DNA of 64,000 nucleotides from contig OX597839.1 in NCBI GenBank assembly GCA_951406725.2, positions 25,792,001-25,856,000 on the forward strand. Direction: 5' to 3'. The DNA comes from Octopus vulgaris (taxonomy: Eukaryota). Position numbers and translations under genes: made by a program. Position 1 is the stretch's first letter. Every line of letters begins with the position of its first letter. Shown here one piece after another: positions 16,008 through 27,309 of the stretch. Under the pieces are notes generated by a model, which was not told the DNA's origin, did no database searches, and saw nothing but the letters and a program-made list of their open reading frames with translations.

Positions 16008-16139
16008 GTACATATATATATATATATATATACATGAACAAATATATACATATATATATATACACATGTACACATATATATATATATATATCGACACAAA
16101 CATATATATGTATATATAATATATATAGACATGTGTGCA

Positions 16140-16171
<32 letters not shown>

Positions 16172-16440
16172 GCTTAAAAATTTTACTTCTGATTTATAAA
16201 AGAACAAAAAAAAATCTGAAATTATTCTAAAATAATAAAGCAAATGAACGATGCAAGAATTAAATTGATTAGCAGGAAACTCGTTTCAACGGTGTTAAAC
16301 TGTCTAATTTTTCTCCAGTGGCAAGGAAACAGTGGGATGCAAGAAGGGATGGAGGGGGCATAAGGATTGGGGAAAGGGGCATAGCCATGGGAAGAGGAGG
16401 AGAAAAAGAGGAGATGGAGGAGGATAAAGTATTTACAAAG

Positions 16441-16446
16441 TTTATT
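16441..16446 (-). terminator. Candidate Tao polyadenylation signal AATAAA, about 1 kb after the stop
   Basis: tttatt on plus in non-repeat sequence, next to a TGTAAATA (Pumilio-type) motif at 16437-16430; hexamers are common in AT-rich DNA. Confidence 0.3.
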
Positions 16447-16560
16447 CCCCAAATATATAAAAGTATTTTGTTTTGATTTTTTTTTTTTGATACAATAATA
16501 GAATATTTTTACCTTTGCATAGACACACATAATTTATAACATACATGTGTGTGTGTGTGC

Positions 16561-16599
<39 letters not shown>

Positions 16600-16792
16600 T
16601 GCACACACACAAATATATACACATGTACAAATATATACATATATATATACACATACATACATATATATATATATACACACATATATACACACATATACAC
16701 TTACATATATATATATATATATATACATACACGTACAAATACATACATATAGGCATGTACAAATACATACATATATATATACACACGTACAA

Positions 16793-16825
<33 letters not shown>

Positions 16826-16838
16826 CACGTACAAATCT

Positions 16839-16875
<37 letters not shown>

Positions 16876-16956
16876 CAAATACATACATGTACAAATATAT
16901 GTGTGCGTGTATATACATAATATAAACACACACACGTGTATGTATGTATGTGCATG

Positions 16957-16991
<35 letters not shown>

Positions 16992-17424
16992 AATTTGAAA
17001 TAAAATGCTGTATTCCAAGTTTTAAAGACTACAAGACAGAAGAAGGGGGGGGAAAGAAAAATTAGCAAAGAAATATGATGGAAGTTCATTTTTGTAGCGT
17101 CTACTGCAGCTAGGAGTTTCTTATAGTTTCCAGCTCATTACAACTTGAACAGACGACACGCGCGCGCATGCACACACAGACGCACCCCCCCTGCAGCGTC
17201 TGTTCAAGTGAAGGGATTTAAAGAAAAAAAAAAAAAATTGGTAAAAAAAAAAACAAAAAAAACAAAAAAAAAACGGAAAGCCGTCTTCAGCCGACATACC
17301 AGGAGTTGACACTTTTGCTTCTTTTTCCTACTACTGTCCCTCTTAATCAATCACCCATGCCGTTTTGTTAGTGGTGGTCATGTGCTCTGTTGGTCCGTGA
17401 CCAAAGGTTAGTGCCAACCAGTTA

Positions 17425-17670
17425 TTATAGCTGAGTGTGTGAAGTGAATGAACTCGTGCTACTACTTGCCGTCAGGCTAATTACACTGCCACGAATGCTC
17501 ACGTCGTCAGCATGCATAGTGTCCTGCGATGCTTGTTTGATGTCCAAGCCATCCAAACCCAAATTAACGGTTTCTAAGTCAAAATCTTCAATTTCTTTCT
17601 TCTGCATCTCCTGCAGGTGCTGAAGACGTTCAGTTTGCTCGGTAGAGAACTTATTCAACACAGCATCCAT
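17425..17670 (-). CDS. TAOK: TAO kinase, last coding exon (MDAVLNKF...SSFTSHTQL*)
   Basis: U-rich tract and AG acceptor at 17672-17671; phase 0; TAA stop at 17427-17425 followed by a second TAA; continues the frame of the upstream TAO-like exons. Confidence 0.88.
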   Translation of the reverse strand: MDAVLNKFSTEQTERLQHLQEMQKKEIEDFDLETVNLGLDGLDIKQASQDTMHADDVSIRGSVISLTASSSTSSFTSHTQL

Positions 17671-18999
17671 CTAAAAAAAAGAAAAAAAACAAACAAAAAT
17701 AAACAATCAATCAATAATTAGCAAACGATATTAGGGTGGTGAGCTGGCATAATCATTAACCCTTTCATTACTGTATTTATTTTGAGATGCTCTGTGTTTC
17801 TTTCAATTAATTTTAAATATAAGAAAGAATTTGGTAAAATAACTTTGTTATCATTAAGCTAGTGTTAGGAACATAAATTGTGACTAAGGTTTGGTGGAAG
17901 ATTTTAATTCAGAACTTATGAAAACAGGACATTTGTTACCCTATTTCTATTGAGATGTTCTGTGTTTCTTTTAATTACTCTAAATATAACAAAGAATTTA
18001 GTAAAATAACTTCGTTATCATTGAGCTAGTGTTAGGAACATAAATTGTGACTAAGGTTTGGTGGAATATTTTAATTCAGAACTTATGAAAACAAGACACT
18101 TGTACTACAGAGCCAGAGGTGGTTTCAGCTGGGTTGGTATCGAAAGGGTTAATTTACAGATTTTGTTTCACATAGTTTTTTGACTTGTTAGAAATAGCAG
18201 CCAAATCTTGTGCAAATTGAAGTTGACTGACTGTCTTTAGCCCTTTTCTTACCGTATTTCTTTTGAAATGCTCTGTGTTTCTTTCAATTATTTTAGATAT
18301 AACAAAGAATTTAGTAAAATAAATTATGGTGTAGGTGTAGGCTATACTGTGTGATTAAGATGTTTTCTGCACAACCAGGTTAGTTCTAGTTTTATCTTAC
18401 AGTGTGACTACTTGGGCAAGTGTCCTTCAGGCCAACCAACGCTTACCGAGTGTAATTTGGAAAGATGAAAACTGTACAGGAGGCAATCGGGCAATCTCCA
18501 CTTTGCCTCTGCAAATGTTTCTTCATAACTTTATCTTTAACGTCCACGCTGGTTTTCAAAATTTTAGTTAGCCCTTATTTCATAAATTCTGAGTAACTGA
18601 AAGCTTTCCTTTCCTAAGTTACTCTGTTCATCGGAAAAAGAAAACGGGAATGTGTATCCTATATGATTGCATGGACACCAGAGAAATATGTCCTGTGTGT
18701 CACATGGGGTAAGAAAGGACAAGGAAAGGGTCAAGGAGACTAACAGATATTGAGTGACTCAAACTCCATAGTCTGAGTGAAGGTGTGTAACAAGGTGAGT
18801 GACTCAAATTCAACAGTATAAGTTAACCCTTTGCTTGTCCAAAGCATTTTCATATGTTTGCCCTGAACATCCATGTTTGTTTTCACATATTCTGAGTGAA
18901 TATAAAACTGTCCCCTTCCTGTTACTCTGGGGTTTGAAAGAAAACCAGGAATGTGTATCATACATAATGTATGGACATCAAGGAATTTTATTCAATATG

Positions 19000-19412
19000 C
19001 CAGTGCCGCCTTGGCTGGCTTCAGTGCCGGTGGCACATAAAAAGCACCATCCGAACGTGGCCGATGCCAGCGCCGCCTCGACTGGCTTCAGTGCCGGTGG
19101 CACATAAAAAGCACCAACCGAACGTGGCCTATGCCAGCGCCGCCTTGGCTGGCTTCCGTGCCGGTGGCACGTTAAAAGCACCAACCGATTGTGGCCCCGA
19201 TGCCGGACTCCCCTGGCACCTGTGCAGGTGGCACGTAAAAAGCACCCACTACACTCACGGAGTGGTTGGCATTAGGAAGGGCATCCAGCTGTAGAAACAT
19301 TGCCAGATCAGATTGGAGCTTGGTGCTGCCCCTGGCTTCCCAGACCCCGGTCGAACCGTCCAACCTATGCTAGCGCGGAAGATGGACGTTAAACGATGAT
19401 GATGATGATGAT
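19000..19412 (+). mobile_element. (GAT)n-tailed SINE/LINE-tail family with internal GGTGGCACGTAAAAAGCACC repeats (also 2030-2372, 22790-23000, 25500-25860, 42450-42795, 53397-53655, 59750-60095, 61240-61514)
   Basis: Recurrent ~350-bp unit ending CCATGCTAGCATGGAAAGCGGACGTTAAACGATGATG. Confidence 0.75.
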
Positions 19413-19569
19413 GTATCACATTAAACAGAGGACAGATGATCAACGTTTGAGTTGTAAGAGGAAGGGAAGAAATAGAGAGTATCACTTTATGTCAGAACCA
19501 CACACACACACACACACAAGAGGCTATAAACAACCAAAATCTGGCCATTCCACTGCTAGAGATTCTGAC

Positions 19570-19752
19570 CTTTTGTCCCAAAAGAGCTCTTCGAAGCGAG
19601 ACACGTTCCTCCAGCTGCTTCCGTTCCTGTGAATGTTGAGCTTCTATTTGCATCTTGATTTTACTTTGATATGCGATCAGCAGTTCCAGCTCTTGAGACA
19701 GACGTTGCTTCAGCTCGGACGCTTCTGATAATTGCGTTTCATCAAGTCGGAT
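19570..19752 (-). CDS. TAOK: TAO kinase coding exon (IRLDETQ...[15 protein letters not shown]...[12 protein letters not shown])
   Basis: 183 nt with cag|...|gtcaga boundaries; closely matches recalled TAOK motif [15 protein letters not shown]...[12 protein letters not shown]. Confidence 0.95.
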
Positions 19753-19840
19753 CTGTAGGCAGAACAAGAAATTGATAAATGACAATGCATTATGATAAGC
19801 ATCACACATATACAGATATATACAACATTTATATAATATA

Positions 19841-20236
19841 CTAGTAGTATCGCCCGGCGTTGCTCGGGTTTGTAAGGGAAATAACTATAAAGCTTTTTTA
19901 GAGAGTTATAGCCAAAAAATAGCAAAAAAATGCATTAAAAATGGAAAAAAAATTATGGTAAATTTTTTTTTTAAATTGTTGACTCATCGTAGACATTTTT
20001 AGAGAGTTACTTCCCTTATGTAATAGCAAAAAATGCATTAAAATGGAAAAAATGATGGTAAATTATTTAAAAAATCGTAGACTCATCGTAGACGTGCGCT
20101 AATACCCAGAAGGGCTCGATATGAATCACGACTATAAGATACCCGGTTTTGGTTAAACTGCACCGCAAAATGTTGGAGTAGTTAGGAATCTAAATCGTAG
20201 GAGACAGACACACAACTTCTCTTTTATATATAAAGA
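19841..20236 (-). mobile_element. Non-autonomous Helitron
   Basis: Minus strand starts TC, ends CCCGAGCAACGCCGGG hairpin + CTAG, inserted between A and T with no TSD; near-identical copy at 55221-55719. Confidence 0.75.
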
Positions 20237-20270
20237 TATATATATATACACACACACACAAATACCATAA

Positions 20271-20661
20271 TCTATATATATAAAGCTGAAGTTGTCTGTG
20301 TATGGCAGGTTTGGTAGCCTTCAACTAACACTATCTCCTCCGAGACCCTGTGGCGCAAGTTGACCAAAATTGAGAGTATGATAGAAGAAGGCTTGCTCTT
20401 CCTTCCGTAGAAGAAAAAACTCAAATCGGACCATGTTAATACCAGAAATTATTTACATCAAAAAGGTGCTTTTTTTCTATGAAAATCCCTATTTTTTAAC
20501 GATTTTTTGACTGCTGAGTCACCATTTATCGGTGTATTTCAACCAGAAAAATGTTCAGGTAAAGAGAATAACAAGCTACATGATGCAAAATTTTTACTTT
20601 TCAAAAATTCCAATTCTAAAGGGTCAAAACAAACCTGAGCAACGCCGGGCAATACTGCTAG
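20271..20661 (+). mobile_element. Non-autonomous Helitron, different interior, same 3' end
   Basis: a|TCtatatata...cctgagcaacgccgggcaatactgCTAG|t. Confidence 0.75.
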
Positions 20662-20962
20662 TTATTGATATACAAACATACATACCATCATCAATATATA
20701 CATTTTCTGTATAGGAAATACAGAAATTGTTAAAGGAAATTTTTACTTCTGCCATATTTACTCTTTTACTTGTTTTAGTCATTTGACTGCGGCCATGCTG
20801 GAGCACCACCTTTAGTCGAGCAACTCAACCCCGGGACTTATTCTTTGTAAGCCCAGTACTTATTCTATCGGTCTCTTTTGCCGAACCGCTAAGTGACGGG
20901 GACATAAACATACCAGCATCGGTTGTCAAGCAATGCTAGGGGGGACAAACACAGACACACAA

Positions 20963-20999
<37 letters not shown>

Positions 21000-21678
21000 T
21001 ACGACGGGCTTCTTTCAGTTTCCGTCTACCAAATCCACTCACAAGGCATTGGTCAGCCCGAGGCTATAGTAGAAGACACTTGCCCAAGGTGCCACGCAGT
21101 GGGATTGAACCTGGAACCATGTGGTTGGTAAGCAAGCTACTTACCACACAGCCACTCCTGCGCCTTTGTGAATATTTGTGAAAATTCTTTACCAAAAAAT
21201 ATAAAAAAAGAAAGCAAAATATTTTTGATCCTGATTGAGCAAACATATGAATAAAGACACTCTAGCCATGACCACCTAGTTTTTTTTCTTTTCACACAGA
21301 GCATTGATAATTACTATAGTGTGGTTTTGTTGTCAAAAACAAAAAACAAATTAAGTGGGAGGCAATCCAATTTTCACCAAGTAATCCTGGCATGTCAAAT
21401 TTGTGAACCAAAATCTAAACCTTCACCTGTACTAGATTCACTATGGAGAGCTTCCTTCTGCGAATACTAACCTTGCATCTATCTGCACATGTATGCACAG
21501 ATGCAAGGATAGCACTGACTGACAAGATTTTTGATGAGAGAAGGATTGGAATTAAGAGAGAGAAAGAGGAAGAAGGTGGGGTTAGATGAAAACTTCTCAT
21601 TCTTACAAGAATTTTCTACAACCGTCAATGTACCCACGCCACCCTCGCTTCCCAAGAACAATGCTAAAGTCTCCTTAC

Positions 21679-21891
21679 ATTCTGTTGCTGGAGCATCTCT
21701 GCTATACTTTGTTCATACTGTTCACCGAGAATGGCCAATTTACGACGCTGCTCTTCTTTCAGTTTCTTCACCACACCCTTCTGTTCATTCTTGGGGACAT
21801 TCTGAAGAATATGTTCTTTCAAAGCTTTATACTGTCTTTCTTGTGTCTTCACAGCTTCGCGGAACTGTTTCCTGATTTGGAGTTCTTTTTG
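21679..21891 (-). CDS. TAOK: TAO kinase coding exon ([10 protein letters not shown]...[29 protein letters not shown])
   Basis: 213 nt with ccag|...|gtaagg; matches TAOK KELQIKKQF...RQYKAL...LKEEQTRKLAILAEQY. Confidence 0.95.
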
Positions 21892-23947
21892 CTGGAATTA
21901 CCAAATTGTTCACTTATAAATAAAAGACTAGCGGCAAATTTAGTTTTAACAAACAACAATGCAAACAAACAGACACACATTAATATAAATTCAATTCAGA
22001 TGATTGGTGGTAAGGAACTCTCAAGGGAACTGAACAGCAGAAGATCTTCAAACAAAACCCCGCCCAGGCAAAAGCTTCGGGCCTTAACTTCTTACACTTT
22101 AATGGGGCTGGGCCACATCATAAACTAAATTCAACTTCAGATGATTGGTGGTAAAAAATACTCTCAAGGGAGCTGAGCAGCAGGTCTTCAAAGAACCCCT
22201 ACTCAGGCAAAAGTTTCTTACACTTAAAGAGGGCTGAACCACATCCAAGTCATGACTCCTGGGTGCCCTTCTGCTGACCCCCTTTTAACCCCATGGATAT
22301 TGGAGACATGCATTGAAACTCCTTGGAAATTTCATTTAGTCATTTTCCTTCCCTCCTGATCCACAGTCTGTACCCTGTCACCACCCTCTTCATCTGCCTT
22401 CCAGCTACTTCCACCTGGGGTAGTCATGTATCTCCTTTAGAGCAAGATATCTGTGTTTACCCGTCTCAACACCTGGCATAAAGCCACTTGCTTCTCACAA
22501 ATGCAACCCTGTTCAGTTTAGGATCTTTTTCCTTTTTTGTTATTTTGTCTGGTACGTTACTTGGTCACCTCACTAGTGTTGGTGCCACATATGAAGTACC
22601 CAGCATACACTGCATTAAGAAGGGCATCCAGTGTTAGAAACCCTGCCAAAACAGACAACTGGAAACCGACACAGCTCTGCAGCTTGTTGAAACTTATCAA
22701 ACAACCACATCCAAAACCAATGTTAAATAATTAACAGTGATGATGAAGAGTCTTGAATTCAAATACTGCTTCAGGTCAACTTATATCATATCATCATTTA
22801 GCGTCCGCTTTCCATGCTAGCATGGGTTGGATGGTTCAGCTGGGGTCTGGGAAGCCAGAAGGCTGCATCAGGCCCAGTCTGATCTGGCAGTGTTTCTACG
22901 GCTGGATGCTCTTCCTAACGCCAACCACTCCGTGAGTGTAGTGGGTGCTTTTTATGTGCCACCCGCACAGGTGCCAGACAGAGCTGGCAAATGGCCACGA
23001 ACGGATTTTCACAGTGTTTTCCTTAGCGTGGCTGAATATGCTTCTGGTCCATGAGGATGAAAGTTAGTCATGACACATTTCCGTCTTCTTGTCTTCCGTA
23101 ACAGAAATAACAGGAAAATACAAATTTTGAATCAATCACAGGTATACCTCTACCTAACATAAATTGACCTTCGTTATGTTAAGGTGGTGAGCTGGCAGAG
23201 CTGTTAACACACCAGGCAAAATGCTTAGAAGCATTTTTATTATTATTATAAGGTGGAGAAATTGTATGAAACTATTTCGAAGTATTCCCAATTGGTTTTT
23301 CTCTAACAATCACAAATATAAATGCTGCTGAGAAATGACTTAACAAGGTCTTAAAATGTTGCTACGGTTGGGTGATTAACGAAGCGGATATGGATTAAAA
23401 GCTTTACAAAAAGCAAAGCAGTATCCTTTGGTAAGATACATCATGACCAGCAACATACAAAAACGGTGAGGAAGATTCAACCAAGCACTTCATATCACGC
23501 ACAAAAAAAAAAAAGAAAAAAAAAGAAATAAGAAAAAGGAAAAAATTCAACTGCCAGTTATGACCGAGATCCTGGCTGAGCATTATAATGCTGTGGAGGC
23601 ACAGCTCATTTCAGGTGAGAGCTGGATCCATAGAGGTACACAAACAGCTTTATGGGTAAATGTAAAGTGCATACGTAGCCATGCTATTAAGTATAATGCA
23701 AGGTAAGCAAAGATCAGGGAGACAGAATCAGGCAAAAACTTCTACCCAAAAATATGTTCATTTTCAATACAGTTGAAAGGTTTTGCTGTTGTCAGGGGGG
23801 CAAGAATATCACCACCAACTCTAAAAGGAGGTGACAGAAGATGAAGATAATGAGTGGATAAGACAATATATTATATAGCAATCAATTATGCCAAGCAATT
23901 TTATTTCAAAGGAAACCCACACACGGCAATCTGAAGGATTGACTTAC

Positions 23948-24187
23948 CCGTAAGCTTCGAGGTTGTTGCTTCACTTCCGAAGCGTGTTTTTTCCGAAGAT
24001 CTTGCTCTGCGTTGGTGCTGTACTCTGTTTGATTCGTTAACTCGGTCTGGTGCTGTTTCTTCATCTGGTCTTCACGAAGCTTCTGCAAGCTGCTTAAGTG
24101 ACGGAACTCAATCTCCTGTGTGGACTCGTGGTGACGCAAAAGCATATTGTGCTCAAGATCTAAATGTGCTTTTTGCTTGCTTAGTTC
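23948..24187 (-). CDS. TAOK: TAO kinase coding exon (ELSKQKAHLDLEHNMLLRHHESTQEIEFRHL...QHQTELTNQ...EVKQQPRSLR)
   Basis: 240 nt with gcag|...|gtaagt; matches TAOK [21 protein letters not shown] and QHQTELTNQLEY. Confidence 0.95.
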
Positions 24188-24419
24188 CTGCCGATAGATG
24201 TACAAACATAGATTACTGCTGTGCTTGACACTTCGCCACAAACAATGCATGTTCTAGAGTTTAAAAACTGTTTCTTGAATAAAAATGTAAAATGATGAGA
24301 CACCTTTTTCTAATTTTTAATTACAAAAAATATTTGCTCTATTGACTTGAAAAATAATACTGAATGGATTTCTTCCCTCAAGGTAGCATGTGATTCATTG
24401 CACCAAGATGGTAACTAAA

Positions 24420-25490
24420 TAGCTGTCCCTTAAGGGCTAATCATGGTGTAAGGGAACCATGAAACTGGAAGCTGAACTGGGATTTGGTGGCAGTAGAATG
24501 GACATTTTGTTTTACTACATCTGAAGGAGTACATATGTTGTGTAGTTTACCTTAAAGGCATTGGCTGTCATGCCTGTCTAGTGTATCACGATCCCATTGA
24601 ACAGTGTTAGGGTAGCTCTGCAGACCACAACCTCTGAAAGACAGACAGGATCCTCCCAATGAACAGTCAGTGGGATTTCAGCTGTCACAGGTTTTGCATG
24701 GAATGTGATGACTGTGTGGGCAAGTTTTTGCTACTGTTGTAAAGTACGATATTAGAAGCGATACTGTCTGAACAGGAGTTGCTATTCTTGATGTTATAGG
24801 AATTAATGAGTTTATAATATTTAAGGGGAAATGCTTTTTTATTAGCATTAGGAAGCTCCTAGCTATATTAATGCAAACATTTACAGTGCATGGAGGATTA
24901 AACCAGATTACCTTTCCATAAATCTCTTTAGTTTTGGGATGGAGAAATTCTCCATATACAATATATCGACTTATCGGTAAAGTCACACCACTATAGACCC
25001 TCATTATGGTGGGGTGTGGCTCTGTTGAAGATCTGTCCCTCCCCCCAGTTGATAAATTTCACCTGCTGATACTTGCAATTAGTTTTCTAATTACAACTGT
25101 ATGTGAAAAGGGGATGGAACATCCATAAACAGCTATCTTGCTGGCCTTTCTGTAAAGCTAATATTTGCCTATCTTAAGATCTAGGAAGTCAAACTTTGTT
25201 AAGTTGGTGCTGACAATTAGAGTTAGGCCAAATACTTAGCAGATGGTTTTTTTTCATCAGATTCTTTCTCCACTCATGTGGATGTTCATACTCCTTGAGA
25301 CTGCTAGATCATTGTCTCTGCATAGGGCTCAACTGTTGGGGTGTGTACTGTTTCTAAGCATACCCTACGGGAACAGCAATCTCAGCTCTGTTGTCGCTAC
25401 CCATGGGTATGTCAAAACAGTGGGCTACTTTCCCCTTTTTCAACCAATAAGTATCATCATGAAGCAGGAATGGTTTTACTAATAAGCTGG
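24420..25490 (-). mobile_element. Decayed Penelope-like retroelement (RT C-terminus, linker, GIY-YIG region)
   Basis: Translated remnants MGSDNRAEI, LCRDNDLAV (YRDDGL-like), FDFLDL, KVIWFNPP...NIARSFLMLIKKHFP, Cys-rich linker and GMTANAFK; stops and frameshifts; boundaries approximate. Confidence 0.7.
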
Positions 25491-26241
25491 TGTATATAAA
25501 TGATGATGATGATCATCATCATCGTTTAACGTCCGTTCTCCATGGGTTGGACGGTTCGACTGGGGATCTGGGAAGCCAGGAGGCTGCACCAGGCTCCGGT
25601 CTTATCTGGCAATGTTTCTACAGCTGGGTGCCCTTCCTAACGCCAACCACTCCGTGAGTGTAGTGGGTGCTTTTACGTGCCACCTGCACTGGTGCCAGGC
25701 GAGGCTGGCATCGGCCACGGTCGGATTGGTGCATTTTAAGTGCCACCGGCACGGAAGCCAGTAGAGGCGGCACTGGCTTCGGCCACGATTCGGATGGTGC
25801 TTTTTACGTGCCACCGACACGGAAGCCAGTCGAGGCGGCGCTGGCATTGGCCATGATTTGGATCACACACCTACAAATGTGTGTGTGTGTGTGAAGGCTG
25901 TTTGTTTACTGTTGAAACCTGTTTGTTTACATTAGTATTTGGTTATTTGGAAGCCATTTGAGCGGTTTTGCTAGCATATTTCTGTCAATAATTCATCTGC
26001 TCGCTTTCTACCCTTGAAACTGTATGGGGTAGGAGATCCCTTACTTGACAAAAAAAGGGTAAGCAACAGGAAGAGCATCCAGCTGTAACACAATGCCTCA
26101 ATACTATATTCATCTAACCCAGTGCTTGTCAACCATTCTTTATGTATGGACCCTTTGATATTTTAGTTGGATGGACACCCAAAGCCATTCAATGATTAAA
26201 AAAATCCTATTACATTTTGATAATTAAATGTTATTTGGAAT

Positions 26242-26448
26242 TACTCTTTTTACTCTTTTACTTGTTTCAGTCATTTGACTGCGGCCATGCTGGAGCACCG
26301 CCTTTAATCGAGCAAATCGACCCCGGGACTTATTCTTTTGTAAGCCCAGTACTTATTCTATCGGTCTCTTTTGCCGAACCGCTAAGTAACGGGGACGTAA
26401 ACACACCAGCATCGGTTGTCAAGCAATGCTAGGGGGACAAACACACAA

Positions 26449-26492
<44 letters not shown>

Positions 26493-26649
26493 GACAGGCT
26501 TCTTTCAGTTTCTGTCTACCAAATCCACTCACAAGGCATTGGTCGGCCCGGGGCTATAGCAGAAGACACTTGCCCAAGATGCCACGCAGTGGGACTGAAC
26601 CCGGTACCATGTGGTTGGTTAGCAAGCTACTTACCACACAGCCACTCCT
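26242..26649 (-). mobile_element. tRNA-derived SINE with internal (TA)n/(TG)n (other copies 20757-21163, 32795-33187, 37998-38402, 52625-53036)
   Basis: Head GGAGTGGCTGTGTGGTAAG...GGTTCAGTCCC with Pol III boxes, AAAAGAGT-repeat tail; many near-identical copies. Confidence 0.85.
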
Positions 26650-26721
26650 AAAAAAAAATGTTAAAATATCTGATGTATTGCAGAGGTATAACCAATTTAT
26701 TGTACATAAATTTTAACAACA

Positions 26722-26884
26722 GCAGGAGTGGCTGTGTGGTAAGTAGCTTGTTTACCAACCACATGGTTCCAGGTTCAGTCCCACTGCGTGGCACCTTGAG
26801 CAAGTGTCTTCTACTATAGCCTCGGGCCGACCAAAGCTTTGTGAGTGGATTTGTTAGACGGAAACTGAAAAGAAGCCTGTCGTA

Positions 26885-26934
<50 letters not shown>

Positions 26935-27156
26935 TGTGTGTGTTTGTGTATCTGTGTTTGTCCCCCTAGCATTGCTTGACAACCGATGCTGGTGTGTTTA
27001 TGTCCCCGTTACTTAGCGGTTCGGCAAAAGAGACCGATAGAATAAGTACTGGGCTTACAAAAGAATAAGTCCCGGGGTCGAGTTGCTCGATTAAAGGCGG
27101 TGCTCCAGCATGGCCGCAGTCAAATGACTGAAACAAGTAAAAGAGTAAAGAGAGTA
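26722..27156 (+). mobile_element. Same SINE family, plus orientation (also 35708-36092, 48507-49197 interrupted, 51328-51748, 63480-63845)
   Basis: Direct sequence identity with the family above. Confidence 0.85.
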
Positions 27157-27257
27157 TGGACCCCACAACCCCTCCAAGGGTCACGTGGACCCTTGTTAAG
27201 AACCACTGCTCTAACCCACACTAGCATGGGAAAACAAACCAACAAATTTGTATGTGA

Positions 27258-27309
<52 letters not shown>

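Noticed and set aside
14627-17089. Many YI/CV/HT-rich ORFs (also 31743-32421, 49710-50397, 53917-54672)
   Set aside because: Dinucleotide microsatellite translations with no coding signal.
17271-17297. CTGAAGA plus small hairpin on the minus strand in the 3'UTR (similar at 41920-41940 and plus-strand 47201)
   Set aside because: No downstream GAAA, stem III or UH triplet, so not a hammerhead.
21586-22128. 180-aa plus-strand ORF
   Set aside because: Antisense shadow of a Tao exon running into repeat-derived sequence.
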